Assembly: GCA_016195615.1 (NCBI GenBank)
Contig: JACPZF010000015.1
Location: 1-53,651, forward strand
DNA length: 53,651 bases
Source of the DNA: Candidatus Gottesmanbacteria bacterium
GTDB lineage: Bacteria; Patescibacteriota; Microgenomatia; JACPZF01
Direction: 5' to 3'
Shown here: one piece after another, positions 27,416 through 39,451 of the stretch
Position numbering within the stretch: the first letter of the stretch is position 1
How the letters are laid out: every line of letters begins with the position of its first letter
Program-made: the position numbers and the translations under genes
The notes under the pieces: generated by a model
What the model was told of the DNA's origin: nothing
What the model saw: only the letters and a program-made list of their open reading frames with translations
The model's database searches: none

Positions 27416-27718
27416 TTAATTATCAACAAATAATCTTGCATGTACTGGAAAATCAATTCTTGCCTGTTCCTTAAGTTGATCAACTAGATCCCAATTTCTC
27501 TCATTGGCAGCTGCTTTCATTTTGGTTCTCCATCCAGCCCAAGGATTATCATCGGTATAATTATCTATAAGTGCTTGACCATGACCATCGTCTTTATATT
27601 GTTTTCTTAATGATTTCACGAGTCTATTTCTTGCTTCTGGTCCCCCCGGATATCCAATTTCGGAAGCGTTTAAGGCCAAAATTGGCCTGTATTTTTCTTT
27701 AGCTAATTTTTCCGACAT
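27416..27718 (-). CDS. hypothetical 100-aa protein
   Basis: ORF directly downstream of gyrA. Its last codons abut or overlap the IS end, so the C-terminus may be altered by the insertion. Confidence 0.4.
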   Translation of the reverse strand: MSEKLAKEKYRPILALNASEIGYPGGPEARNRLVKSLRKQYKDDGHGQALIDNYTDDNPWAGWRTKMKAAANERNWDLVDQLKEQARIDFPVHARLFVDN

Positions 27719-27748
27719 AAGCTAATTATGATAATAAAAATAATTTTA

Positions 27749-30142
27749 TTACTCTTTCTCCAAACACGCAACGGCGGCGACGAAGTCGGACTTATCCGAT
27801 AACCTCATGAGGATCACACCCTGGGTAGCTCTACCCAGCCGGGGAACAGAATCGATTGGGACTTTAATCGTCTGTTTGCCCGATTTAGTTGCTAAAACAA
27901 GCTGACCAATCGTTTCTGACACCATTTGCGCGGTGACAATCGGGCCGGTTTTGGCAGTGACATTAGCCACTTTTACGCCCTGTCCGCCCCGTCTTTGCTT
28001 GGGAAAGGAAGTAACCGGAGTTCTCTTCCCTATTCCTCTTTCCGATACCACCAGAATATCGCGGAAAAATTTTAATCTTTTATCGCTCGGGTGTTCAATT
28101 TTTTGGGGTACACTTTCCATACCAACCACCAAATCATCCTTTTTCATTCGTACGCCGCGGACGCCGATGGTATCTCTACCGGTGGATCTTACTTCTTTTT
28201 CGGAAAATCGGATGGATTTGCCTTGATGGGTAAAAAGCATGATATCTTCATCGCCGGAGGTTATTTTTGCCCAAACCAGCTCATCGCCGGTTTCTAACTT
28301 TATTGCCGTTAGGCCATTTTTTCGGATATTCTCATATTGACTAAGAGTGGTCTTTTTAACCGTTCCCTGTCTTGTAGTCAGAAAAATACACTCACTATGG
28401 GTTTTATCGGCTTCACTGCTATAGGTTAGTAAGGAATTTACTTTTTCATCCTGGGCGATATTAATAAGATTTACCACCGCCTGTCCCTTACTAACTCTTG
28501 AGGACTCTGGGAGATCCCAAACTCTAAGTTGGTAAACTTTTCCTTTATTGGTAAAGAATAAAATATTATCATGGGTGTTGGCACTGACCAGATGATCGAT
28601 TTCATCTTCCTCCTTTGTAATCATTCCGGTGACTCCTTTTCCTCCCCTGGCTTGGGCGCGGTAGGAGGAGGGCGAAAGGCGTTTGACATAACCAGTTTTG
28701 GTTAAGGTTATAATCATTTTTTCATTCGGGATTAAGTCCTCATCGGAAAACTCGCCGACTTTGCTTTTAATAACTTTAGTTTTTCTATCGTCGCCGTATT
28801 TTTCTTTAAGCTGGAGGATTTCCTCTTTTATTACTTTTAAAACTTTTTCCCCGTGCGAAAGCAGATCCTCAAGATAGGCAATCGTTTCCATCACCATCGC
28901 CAGTTCGTCTTCGATTTTTTGCCGCTCCAGAGCCGCCAGCCTTCTTAGCTGCATATCCAAAATGGCAATCGCTTGGATTTCAGTCAGACCAAACTTGGTC
29001 ATTAAGTTCTTTTTGGCTTCGTCGGCGTCTTGGGATTTTTTAATCGTTTGAATAACCTCGTCGATGTGGTCAACCGCTATTTTTAAACCCTCCAAAATAT
29101 GAGCTCGAGCCTTGGCCTGTTTGAGTTCGAACTCGCTTCTTTTAGTAACCACTCTTTGGCGGTGCCTGATGTATTCTTCCAGGATGGTTTTGAGAGTTAA
29201 GGTTTGCGGCGTTCCATCGACGAGAGCTACCATGTTTACGGGAAAGACGCTTTGCAGACTGGTATGCTTATATAAATTATTTAATACCTGTTTGGGCCGA
29301 GCATCTCTTTTAAGTTCAATTACAACTCTGATGCCGTGACGGTCGGATTCATCGCGAAGATCAGATATGCCTTCTAACTTTTTATCCTTAACTAAATCGG
29401 CAATTCTTTCGACCATCTGGGCCTTATTCACCTGATAAGGAAGCTCGGTAATAATAATGGCGGATTTGTTGCCACCCGCTATGTCTTCAATTTCAGCTCT
29501 ACCCCTCATGACCACTTTGCCCTTACCCGTCGAATAGGCATTGGCGATTTCAGCTTTATCAAAAATAATGCCGGCCGTGGGAAAATCCGGGCCGTGGACA
29601 TACTCCATGAGTTCCTCGGTGGTAACAGAAGATAGATTTTTGTTATCTACCTTCAATTCGTGTTCAACTTTATCGATTATGAACACAATAGCATCAATAA
29701 GTTCTGCCAGATTATGGGGCGGAATCTTAGTTGCCATGCCCACGGCGATACCTTCGGAACCTATGAGAAGCAAATTAGGAAGCTTGGCCGGCAGATAGAC
29801 TGGTTCTTTTAAGGTGTTATCAAAATTAGGAGTAAAATCAACCGTTTCTTTTTCCAGATCGAATAACATTTCCGCGGCAATTAACGCGTCATAAACCGGA
29901 ATATCGCCATGGGGGTGGTATTTACCTAAAACTTCACCGACAATTTTAGCGCTTTTGGAAAATTTAGAAGTATGATGCAGGCCCATTTCGTGCATGGCAT
30001 AGAGAATGCGTCTGTGAACTGGTTTTAAACCGTCCTTAACGTCTGGCAAAGCCCGAGCCACAATAACGCTCATCGCATAGTCCAAATAGGACTTTTGCAT
30101 TTCTTCGGTAATTTCTACTGGTAGAAGTTTGCCAATGTTCAT
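27749..30142 (-). CDS. gyrA: DNA gyrase subunit A (ORF lacks the catalytic-tyrosine block)
   Basis: [60 protein letters not shown] and C-terminal beta-pinwheel repeats are present. The segment VRMAQ..GNFGS..AAMRYTE is absent (see findings). Confidence 0.85.
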   Translation of the reverse strand: MNIGKLLPVEITEEMQKSYLDYAMSVIVARALPDVKDGLKPVHRRILYAMHEMGLHHTSKFSKSAKIVGEVLGKYHPHGDIPVYDALIAAEMLFDLEKETVDFTPNFDNTLKEPVYLPAKLPNLLLIGSEGIAVGMATKIPPHNLAELIDAIVFIIDKVEHELKVDNKNLSSVTTEELMEYVHGPDFPTAGIIFDKAEIANAYSTGKGKVVMRGRAEIEDIAGGNKSAIIITELPYQVNKAQMVERIADLVKDKKLEGISDLRDESDRHGIRVVIELKRDARPKQVLNNLYKHTSLQSVFPVNMVALVDGTPQTLTLKTILEEYIRHRQRVVTKRSEFELKQAKARAHILEGLKIAVDHIDEVIQTIKKSQDADEAKKNLMTKFGLTEIQAIAILDMQLRRLAALERQKIEDELAMVMETIAYLEDLLSHGEKVLKVIKEEILQLKEKYGDDRKTKVIKSKVGEFSDEDLIPNEKMIITLTKTGYVKRLSPSSYRAQARGGKGVTGMITKEEDEIDHLVSANTHDNILFFTNKGKVYQLRVWDLPESSRVSKGQAVVNLINIAQDEKVNSLLTYSSEADKTHSECIFLTTRQGTVKKTTLSQYENIRKNGLTAIKLETGDELVWAKITSGDEDIMLFTHQGKSIRFSEKEVRSTGRDTIGVRGVRMKKDDLVVGMESVPQKIEHPSDKRLKFFRDILVVSERGIGKRTPVTSFPKQRRGGQGVKVANVTAKTGPIVTAQMVSETIGQLVLATKSGKQTIKVPIDSVPRLGRATQGVILMRLSDKSDFVAAVACLEKE

Positions 30143-30178
30143 AAATCTAATTTAAAAGTTAAAGGTCAAAAGTCAAAA

Positions 30179-32023
30179 TCATTTTCCAATGACGGCGATG
30201 ACAAAAGGCGCGATTAAAAGAGCAACGATTTGCACGATTTTCATCATCGGATTAAGAGCCGGACCGGCAGTATCTTTTAACGGGTCGCCAACGGTATCAC
30301 CGACGACTGCTGCTTTGTGAGTATCGCTGCCTTTGCCGCCATAGTTGCCATCCTCGATGTATTTTTTGGCGTTATCCCAGGCTCCTCCTGCCGTACACAT
30401 ATACAAAGCCAGAGCTAATCCTGAAACCACGACGCCGGCGAGGAATCCTCCCAAGCTTTCCGCACCTAAAAATCCGACCAAAACTGGGGCGCCGACGACA
30501 ATTATAGCTGGAATAATAAGTTCTCTTTGGGCGGCTGCGGTAACGATTGCGACCGCTTTAGAATAATCAGGCAGAGTTTTGCCTTCCATAATACCTTTAA
30601 TTTCTTTAAATTGACGTCTCACTTCTTGGACTACTTCAAAAGCAGCCTTGCCCACGGAGCCAATAAGCCTCGAGCCAAATAAATATGGTAGACCAGTTCC
30701 AATTAAAAGGCCGGCAAAAACTTTAGGATTGGCGATGTCAATTGATTTTAAACCCGTGACTTCAAAATAAGTGGCAAAGAGCGAACTAGCAGCCACGGCG
30801 GCGCTACCAACAGCAAATCCTTTGGTTAACGCCTTCGTAGTATTGCCGACAGCGTCCAGGCTTTCCGTAACCGCTGCCGCCTTGCCAGGGACGTTGGCCA
30901 TTTGAACCATGCCTTGGGCGTTATCCGAAATCGGACCGAAAGTATCTAGAGACATAATAATACCTGTCGTTGCCAGCATACCCATACCGGCAAGGGAAAT
31001 TCCATAAAAACCCAAAAACCAATAACCGACAAAGATCGTCGCGGTAACAATTAGGATATTAAAAAAGGTTGCTTCCATGCCAATAGCAATGCCGCTAATG
31101 ATCGTAGTTCCCGCCCCGGTTTTAGACGCGGTGGCAATTTGCATCACGGGCTTTTCTCCGGGTCCGGTGTAATACTTGGTAAGAAATAATATTACCAGCA
31201 TGGAAATAATACCAGCCACAGCGGCAAACCCGGCTCGTGGTTCGTTTAAAAGAAAAATCGCCAGTGCCATAAAAATTACCATCGCCGAAATGGCCGAAAT
31301 AATAAAGCCGCGAATTAAAGGTAAAAGAGGATTCTCTTTTTCGTTTTTTGCTTTAACAAAAAAGGTTCCGAGTATGGAAGTTACAATAGCTGCAGCCCGT
31401 GCTAAAAGGGGAAAAACTACGCCTTTTAAGCCAAACATCGCGCCTCCTAGGATCATGGAAGCTACAACCCGCATAAAAAGGGTTAATAATGCCGCCCCAA
31501 AACCATAACCGACCAAAACGTCAGTCGCGTGCTTCGCGACTAGATCAGCCCCTTGCGCAATATAGGAAAAATAAGCCCACATATAAATAAGGGAAACGCC
31601 GAAAAGTCCAAGACCGACCACAAGCATGCCGTTTACGGTTCCGGCGCCAAAGGCAATTTTAAGAGCAGGATTTAAACCATATTGAGCGTTATTGGCAGTT
31701 CGCACATTGGCGCGGACAGCAATCCACATGCCAAAAAAGCCGATCAAAGCACTACCTACTCCTCCGAGGACAAAAGCAACTGCTGTACCAGTTCCAAGGG
31801 TAAAATTTATTAAAACGCTTAAAACCAGCATGATAGGAATCACGACTCGAAATTGTTTTTTAATATAAGTCATCGCGCCCTCGCGGATTGCTTTGGCAAT
31901 CGCTTGCAATTTCGGACTGCCCTCTTCTTCTTTAAGTACTTGTCTTGTTAAATAATAACCATAGCCGATGGCTAAAAGAGCTGTTAATGGAGCTACAAAT
32001 AGTGCTATAAGTTGAATATCCAT
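30179..32023 (-). CDS. hppA: membrane-bound proton/sodium-translocating pyrophosphatase (ORF lacks the central catalytic acidic-motif block)
   Basis: Polytopic. The conserved C-terminal motifs GPISDNAQG, DAVGNTTKA, GGAWDNAKKY and GDTVGDPLKDT are present. The GGG.YTKAADVGADLVGK..DNVGDNVGD block is absent (see findings). Confidence 0.8.
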   Translation of the reverse strand: MDIQLIALFVAPLTALLAIGYGYYLTRQVLKEEEGSPKLQAIAKAIREGAMTYIKKQFRVVIPIMLVLSVLINFTLGTGTAVAFVLGGVGSALIGFFGMWIAVRANVRTANNAQYGLNPALKIAFGAGTVNGMLVVGLGLFGVSLIYMWAYFSYIAQGADLVAKHATDVLVGYGFGAALLTLFMRVVASMILGGAMFGLKGVVFPLLARAAAIVTSILGTFFVKAKNEKENPLLPLIRGFIISAISAMVIFMALAIFLLNEPRAGFAAVAGIISMLVILFLTKYYTGPGEKPVMQIATASKTGAGTTIISGIAIGMEATFFNILIVTATIFVGYWFLGFYGISLAGMGMLATTGIIMSLDTFGPISDNAQGMVQMANVPGKAAAVTESLDAVGNTTKALTKGFAVGSAAVAASSLFATYFEVTGLKSIDIANPKVFAGLLIGTGLPYLFGSRLIGSVGKAAFEVVQEVRRQFKEIKGIMEGKTLPDYSKAVAIVTAAAQRELIIPAIIVVGAPVLVGFLGAESLGGFLAGVVVSGLALALYMCTAGGAWDNAKKYIEDGNYGGKGSDTHKAAVVGDTVGDPLKDTAGPALNPMMKIVQIVALLIAPFVIAVIGK

Positions 32024-32032
32024 ATATCCTTT

Positions 32033-34040
<2,008 letters not shown>

Positions 34041-34100
34041 TTAGGTGACTTAAAATTTAAGCAAAAAAAGGAGCAAAATTACTCTGCTCTTTAGGCTATT

Positions 34101-34787
34101 TTAGCACGAAAGAAATAAATTTTCCAGAGCGAAACGAGGGTTAATGTTGGCGTCAAGATATCTACGAAAAAATATCACCAGGTGTAAAAATTTTACCAAC
34201 TTAGGCTGGGGTTTTTCTTTCAAAAGTTTTTGCCCCACCAAAGAAATTTTGGCTAAAGATGCCTCGGCGCTATTTTTATCCTTGCCAAAAACTTCGGCCC
34301 ACAGAAATTTTTGACCGACATCGCCGTTTAAAATCAAATCTAAAGCCAGCGTCATTTTCTTTTCTTCTTCATTACTTAGTTCGACGTCAACTTTTGCGGG
34401 AAGACTAATAACTTGGCATCTTGATAAAACCGTCGGCAACAAGGCGCTTTTTTTCTCGACTATAAGAATAATCAAACAAAAGACAGGCGGTTCCTCCAAA
34501 GTCTTAAGAAAAGCATTTTGAGCTTGGATAGTTAAACGGTCGGCATTTTCAATCAGGACAATTTTAAGAGGGTACGAATAAGGTTTGAGATGAATCTGAT
34601 ATTCAATTTCCCTTACCTCGGCAATTCCCAAGGAAATAAGAGGTGAAAAAAGAAAAAAATCAGGATGATTCTTAAGAGTTTCCCAGGGCTTATCTTTGGT
34701 CAAATTTAAAACTTTGTAGATTAAATCTTTAGCTAAACTTAGTCTTTCTTCACTTTTGCCGCCGGCAATAATTTTTGCCTGAATCAT
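34101..34787 (-). CDS. holB: DNA polymerase III delta-prime subunit (short form)
   Basis: ..HPDFFLF.., ..IENADRLTIQAQNAFLKTLEEPP.. and ..LLPTVLSRCQ.. are clamp-loader delta-prime motifs. Only 228 aa. Confidence 0.7.
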   Translation of the reverse strand: MIQAKIIAGGKSEERLSLAKDLIYKVLNLTKDKPWETLKNHPDFFLFSPLISLGIAEVREIEYQIHLKPYSYPLKIVLIENADRLTIQAQNAFLKTLEEPPVFCLIILIVEKKSALLPTVLSRCQVISLPAKVDVELSNEEEKKMTLALDLILNGDVGQKFLWAEVFGKDKNSAEASLAKISLVGQKLLKEKPQPKLVKFLHLVIFFRRYLDANINPRFALENLFLSC

Positions 34788-34827
34788 ACATTGACATTAT
34801 ATCTAATTTACCTCTAAGATAATACTA

Positions 34828-36549
34828 GTGAAAAACGACAATAATGATCTTGCTAGAGTGCTTTTGTCGCAAAAGCTTCTTTCCCCCGAGCAAGCGGATT
34901 TAGTTCGTCTGGAAAGTGTTAATAAAGGCCAAAGAATTGAAGAGGTCATCAGGGCCCATAATTTTGTCGCGGAAGAACAACTAGCCAAAGCTAAAGCTGA
35001 GATTTTAGGCGTTTCCTACGTTTCTTTGGCGGCCAAAGGCATTTCCCCTGATATTTTAAATTACATTCCCGAACCAGTTGCCAGACGCTACATGGTATTG
35101 CCCTTTTCTTTTGACCAAAAAACGAGAATTCTTTCGGTAGCGATGAAAGATCCGGTGGACATTTCCGCCATTGAATTTCTAGAAAGCAAATCCGGTCTAG
35201 CCATCGAACCGTATCTGGCCCTAGAAAGCGAGCTTTCGCAAAAGATCGAAGAAGAATATTCCCAAAGTCTAACTTCGGAAGTCACGCAGGCATTAAATGA
35301 ATCAACTATTTCTACTAAAACCGAAGAAGATACCTCTAAATCCCTAGCCCAGACGATCACCGAAGCACCGATTGCCAAAATCGTTTCCACGATATTAGAT
35401 TACGCCGTCAAATCGCGCGCGTCAGATGTTCACATCGAACCCCAAGAAGAAAGAACCAGGGTGCGCTATCGTATCGACGGCATTTTGCACGAAAGATTGG
35501 CCTTGCCGAAAAAGGTCCACGACGCGGTCAGTTCCCGCATCAAAATTCTCGCCGACATGAAAATCGACGAGAGAAGAATTCCCCAGGATGGCCGTTTTTC
35601 CTTCTCCAGCGGTGATCAGGAGGTGGATTTGCGCGTTTCCTCGCTTCCTACCGTTTATGGTGAAAAAATTGTCATGCGGCTTCTGAAAAAAAGCGGCGGC
35701 GTTCCAACCTTGCCTGAACTTGGCTTAAGAGGAACGGCGCTAAAAAACCTGGAAAACGCCACACTTCGGCCCCACGGTATTATTTTAATTACCGGACCAA
35801 CCGGATCGGGAAAAACTACGACTCTCTACTCGATTTTAACCAAATTAAATACGGCGAAAGTCAACATCGTGACTTTGGAGGATCCGGTTGAATATCAAAT
35901 CGGTGGGGTTAATCAGGTCCAAATAAATCCGGCTGCCGGGTTAACTTTTGCTTCTGGGCTGCGTTCCTTTTTGCGTCAAGACCCTAACATTATTATGGTC
36001 GGTGAGATTCGGGACACAGAAACAACTGATTTGGCTATTCAGGCGGCCTTAACAGGGCACTTAGTATTTTCTACTCTTCATACCAACAACGCTTCCGGAG
36101 CTTTGCCCAGGCTTTTGGATATGCATGCAGAGCCTTATTTAGTCGCCTCGGCTCTTAACGCCGTGGTGGGTCAACGCGTAGTCCGACGGATTTGTAATTT
36201 TTGTAAAGAAGAATACGAACCGCCGGAGCCAATTGTCAGCGATCTAAAATTAGTCCTTGGTAAATTATTTCCTGACTCAGCGCAGCAAAAAACTAGCAAA
36301 CTTGTTCTCTATAAAGGTAAAGGCTGCGATGAATGCAGCGCTACCGGGTATCAAGGCCGAATTGGAGTTTATGAAGTATTGCCGATAGACGAAAAAGTGG
36401 GCAGATTGGTATTAGAGCACGCTTCGACCGGCGACATTGAAGCCAAAGCGATCGAGGAGGGTATGATTACGATGAAACAAGATGGGTATTTAAAAATTAT
36501 TGAAGGCATTACGACCGTGGAAGAAGTACTGCGGGTGGCGCAGGATTAA
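34828..36549 (+). CDS. pilB: type IV pilus assembly ATPase PilB (GspE family)
   Basis: N-terminal MshEN-like domain, Walker A GPTGSGKTTT, LEDPVEY, Walker B MVGEIRD, His box GHLVFSTLHTN and a tetracysteine CNFC..CDEC. GTG start. Confidence 0.9.
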   Translation: MKNDNNDLARVLLSQKLLSPEQADLVRLESVNKGQRIEEVIRAHNFVAEEQLAKAKAEILGVSYVSLAAKGISPDILNYIPEPVARRYMVLPFSFDQKTRILSVAMKDPVDISAIEFLESKSGLAIEPYLALESELSQKIEEEYSQSLTSEVTQALNESTISTKTEEDTSKSLAQTITEAPIAKIVSTILDYAVKSRASDVHIEPQEERTRVRYRIDGILHERLALPKKVHDAVSSRIKILADMKIDERRIPQDGRFSFSSGDQEVDLRVSSLPTVYGEKIVMRLLKKSGGVPTLPELGLRGTALKNLENATLRPHGIILITGPTGSGKTTTLYSILTKLNTAKVNIVTLEDPVEYQIGGVNQVQINPAAGLTFASGLRSFLRQDPNIIMVGEIRDTETTDLAIQAALTGHLVFSTLHTNNASGALPRLLDMHAEPYLVASALNAVVGQRVVRRICNFCKEEYEPPEPIVSDLKLVLGKLFPDSAQQKTSKLVLYKGKGCDECSATGYQGRIGVYEVLPIDEKVGRLVLEHASTGDIEAKAIEEGMITMKQDGYLKIIEGITTVEEVLRVAQD

Positions 36550-36590
36550 AAAAATTTTAAGTTTTTAATTCTTAATTTTTAATAAAATCT

Positions 36591-37652
36591 ATGGAACTTG
36601 CAACTTTATTACAAACCATCCTAACTGCGCGGGGTTCGGATCTACATTTATTGGCTAACCTCTTGCCGATGATTAGAGTTGATGGCGATCTAAGCCCCAT
36701 TGCGGGCCAAAACATGATCAGTGCCGACGATGTTAAGACGCTTTTGTTTTCCATTATGAGCGAGGAGCAAAAAGAATTATTTTTAGCTAATAAAGAGATT
36801 GATTTCTCCTATGCTTTTTCCGATGCGGCGCGGTTTCGCGTCAATGTTTATTGCCAAAAAGGGACTTTTGGAGCCGCTTTCCGTCTAATTCCCATGAAGA
36901 TACCATCGCTTACTGATATTAATTTGCCAGATATTACCCATGTCTTTGCCAGCTTAAAGCAGGGATTTATTCTCGTTACCGGGCCGACAGGACACGGCAA
37001 ATCTACTACTCTCGCCGCGATTATTAACGAAATCAACCGAACTAGAAGAACGCATATTGTAACAATTGAAGACCCGATTGAATATATTTTTAAACCCGAG
37101 TTAAGTATTATTTCTCAGCGCGAAATGCATCTCGATACCCATTCTTGGGATCTGGCGCTAAGGAGTGTTTTACGTGAAGATCCTGATGTGGTACTGGTTG
37201 GCGAGATGAGAGATCTCGAAACCATTCGCGCGGCGATGACGGTTGCCGAAACCGGCCATTTAGTTTTAGCAAGCCTGCATACTAACAGTGCGAGTCAGAC
37301 CATCGATCGTATCGTGGGGGTATTTCCAGAAGAGGAACAACAGCAAGTCAGATTGCAACTAGCGAGTACGTTGGAAGGAATAATTTCGCAAAGACTTATT
37401 CCTTTAGTAAGCGGCGGTCGCATCCCGGCGGTGGAAATCTTAACCGCTACGGCAGCGATTAAAACCGTCATTCGCGAGGGGAAAAATCATCTCATCGACA
37501 ACATCATTCAGACTTCGGCGGAATCGGGGATGATTTCTCTAGACAAATCGCTGGCGAGATTAGTACTTAACAATAAAGTTAGTAAAGATGTCGCCATGGC
37601 TTATTCTCTGCACCCCGAAGATTTTGTCAGCATCTTAAGAGAAAAGAAATAA
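36591..37652 (+). CDS. pilT: twitching-motility retraction ATPase PilT
   Basis: GSDLHL, GPTGHGKSTT, IEDPIEY, LVGEMRD and GHLVLASLHTN. Length is 353 aa. Confidence 0.9.
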   Translation: MELATLLQTILTARGSDLHLLANLLPMIRVDGDLSPIAGQNMISADDVKTLLFSIMSEEQKELFLANKEIDFSYAFSDAARFRVNVYCQKGTFGAAFRLIPMKIPSLTDINLPDITHVFASLKQGFILVTGPTGHGKSTTLAAIINEINRTRRTHIVTIEDPIEYIFKPELSIISQREMHLDTHSWDLALRSVLREDPDVVLVGEMRDLETIRAAMTVAETGHLVLASLHTNSASQTIDRIVGVFPEEEQQQVRLQLASTLEGIISQRLIPLVSGGRIPAVEILTATAAIKTVIREGKNHLIDNIIQTSAESGMISLDKSLARLVLNNKVSKDVAMAYSLHPEDFVSILREKK

Positions 37653-37655
37653 ATT

Positions 37656-38861
37656 ATGCCCATTTATCGATACAAAGTACGAGACCACGGGAGTAAAACG
37701 TTGCAAGGAAACATCGAAGCTAAAGACCCTCGGGTGGCGGCGGTGCTACTTCGCGAGCGGGGGCTTTTTATCATTGATATCGGTCTGCCGACAAAATTTA
37801 GCGTCGAAACCGTCAAGAGATATTTAACCAAAGTTTCCTATGGTGATATTGCGACTATGACGAGGCAGTTTGCGACGCTTATTACTTCCGGACTGCCGAT
37901 AATTGACGCGTTGTCTCTGCTTGGCGACCAAATGCAAAACCCCATACTTTCCGCTACGGTCGAAGGCATTAAACACGAAGTTGAAGGCGGATCGAATTTA
38001 GCAACGGCCTTTGAAAAACATCCCAATATTTTTAACCGTTTGTACATCTCACTTTTAAGAACCGGTGAGACTTCGGGAATGTTGGATAAAGTCTTAAGTA
38101 AATTAGCTGACAACATGGAAAAACAACGCGAATTTAATTCCAAAGTTAAAAGCGCTTTGGTCTACCCCATCATTGTTATCGGCGGCATGGGCTTAGTCGC
38201 TTTAATTATGATGATTTTCGTCATTCCCAAACTCACGGCTTTATACAAGGATTTAAACGTCGTTTTGCCCCTGCCGACGCGGATTTTAATCGCTGTCTCC
38301 AATTTTATGATTGGTTTTTGGTGGTTAATGATTTTAGCCATTTTCGGTTTAGGATTTCTTTATTCGGCTTGGCGCAAAACCGATCAGGGGCGCCAAATCA
38401 CCGATAGGCTTAAATTAAAAGTCCCGATCCTGGGACCTATTACGCAAAAAGTAAATCTGGCCCAGATTTGCCGTACCCTTGGCCTTCTCGTTGGCGCCGG
38501 CATTCCCATTATCGACAGCATTAATATTGTGGCTACGGCAACCGATAATGTTTTAATGGAAAAAGCTTTAAATTTTGCTTCCAAACACGTGGAAAAAGGA
38601 TTCCCTTTGGCGCAATCAATTGAACAAAAAGAGGTCTTTCCGCCGATTGTGGCCCAAATGATCAGGGTGGGCGAAGAAACCGGTAAATTAGACGATTCTC
38701 TTCTTAAACTTTCCTACTATTTTGAGAGCGAAAGCGAAGAGTTAATCAAGGGCTTGACAACTGCATTGGAGCCACTTATCATGATTGTATTGGGAGTGGG
38801 AGTTGGCTTTTTAGTCATCTCCATCATTCTTCCCATTTATAAAATTACCAGCGCGATATAA
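37656..38861 (+). CDS. pilC: type IV pilus platform protein PilC (GspF family)
   Basis: Two GspF repeats (..FATLITSGLPIIDAL.. and ..LGLLVGAGIPIIDSI..) and three TM segments. Length is 401 aa. Confidence 0.9.
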   Translation: MPIYRYKVRDHGSKTLQGNIEAKDPRVAAVLLRERGLFIIDIGLPTKFSVETVKRYLTKVSYGDIATMTRQFATLITSGLPIIDALSLLGDQMQNPILSATVEGIKHEVEGGSNLATAFEKHPNIFNRLYISLLRTGETSGMLDKVLSKLADNMEKQREFNSKVKSALVYPIIVIGGMGLVALIMMIFVIPKLTALYKDLNVVLPLPTRILIAVSNFMIGFWWLMILAIFGLGFLYSAWRKTDQGRQITDRLKLKVPILGPITQKVNLAQICRTLGLLVGAGIPIIDSINIVATATDNVLMEKALNFASKHVEKGFPLAQSIEQKEVFPPIVAQMIRVGEETGKLDDSLLKLSYYFESESEELIKGLTTALEPLIMIVLGVGVGFLVISIILPIYKITSAI

Positions 38862-38875
38862 GGAGGTTTAACAAT

Positions 38876-39451
38876 ATGAGGAAAGCCATCCAAAAAGGTT
38901 TTACGATGATCGAGCTTTTGGTGGTTATTGCGGTTATCGGCGTTATGGCCACCGCCGTTCTTTCAGCTATCAATCCTCTGGAACAAATCAATAAAGGCAA
39001 TGACACCGGTTTAAGATCAGATGCGGAGCAAGTCCTGGGTGCAGTAGATCGGTATTATTCATCATTAGCCTATTTCCCTTGGCAAAACGGGGCCAACGAT
39101 AACTTTGTCAACGTAGCCTGGCAAAACGTTATCGATCTAAATACTAATCGTTCGGCTTTAACCAATATGGAAAATACCCAGGAAATTAAACACGGATTTA
39201 CTCTCCGGCTGACAGATGTCAAGCGAACGCCGATTTATTTAATGTATGACAACAGTTCGGCTTCACCAACGATGTATGCTTGTTTTGTGCCCAAGTCAAA
39301 CTCGTTTTTGACAGAGGCATTTAATCGCTGCAAAGGTACAGCAGTTACGGCTGGGACGCCATTTGGAGCAACCGGCGAAGCATGTGCGGGGACTGTTGGA
39401 GCAAGTACAACTTGCAATACGACCAAAAACTGCTACGTTTGTCTGCCGTAA
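38876..39451 (+). CDS. type IV pilin (candidate major pilin)
   Basis: Strong SD aaggagg and the prepilin motif KG|FTMIELLVVIAVIGVMA. First pilin gene after pilBTC, with a Cys-rich C-terminus. Confidence 0.85.
   Translation: MRKAIQKGFTMIELLVVIAVIGVMATAVLSAINPLEQINKGNDTGLRSDAEQVLGAVDRYYSSLAYFPWQNGANDNFVNVAWQNVIDLNTNRSALTNMENTQEIKHGFTLRLTDVKRTPIYLMYDNSSASPTMYACFVPKSNSFLTEAFNRCKGTAVTAGTPFGATGEACAGTVGASTTCNTTKNCYVCLP

Noticed and set aside
27301-27483. N-terminal 61 codons of the 275-aa transposase track ORF, and the opposite-strand ORFs 26469-26666 and 26763-26966.
   Set aside because: The extension reads through the left-end hairpin of the IS. Homology-like sequence (YYHVFNR) begins just after GTG 27300. 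The plus-strand ORFs are antisense or terminal-sequence artefacts.
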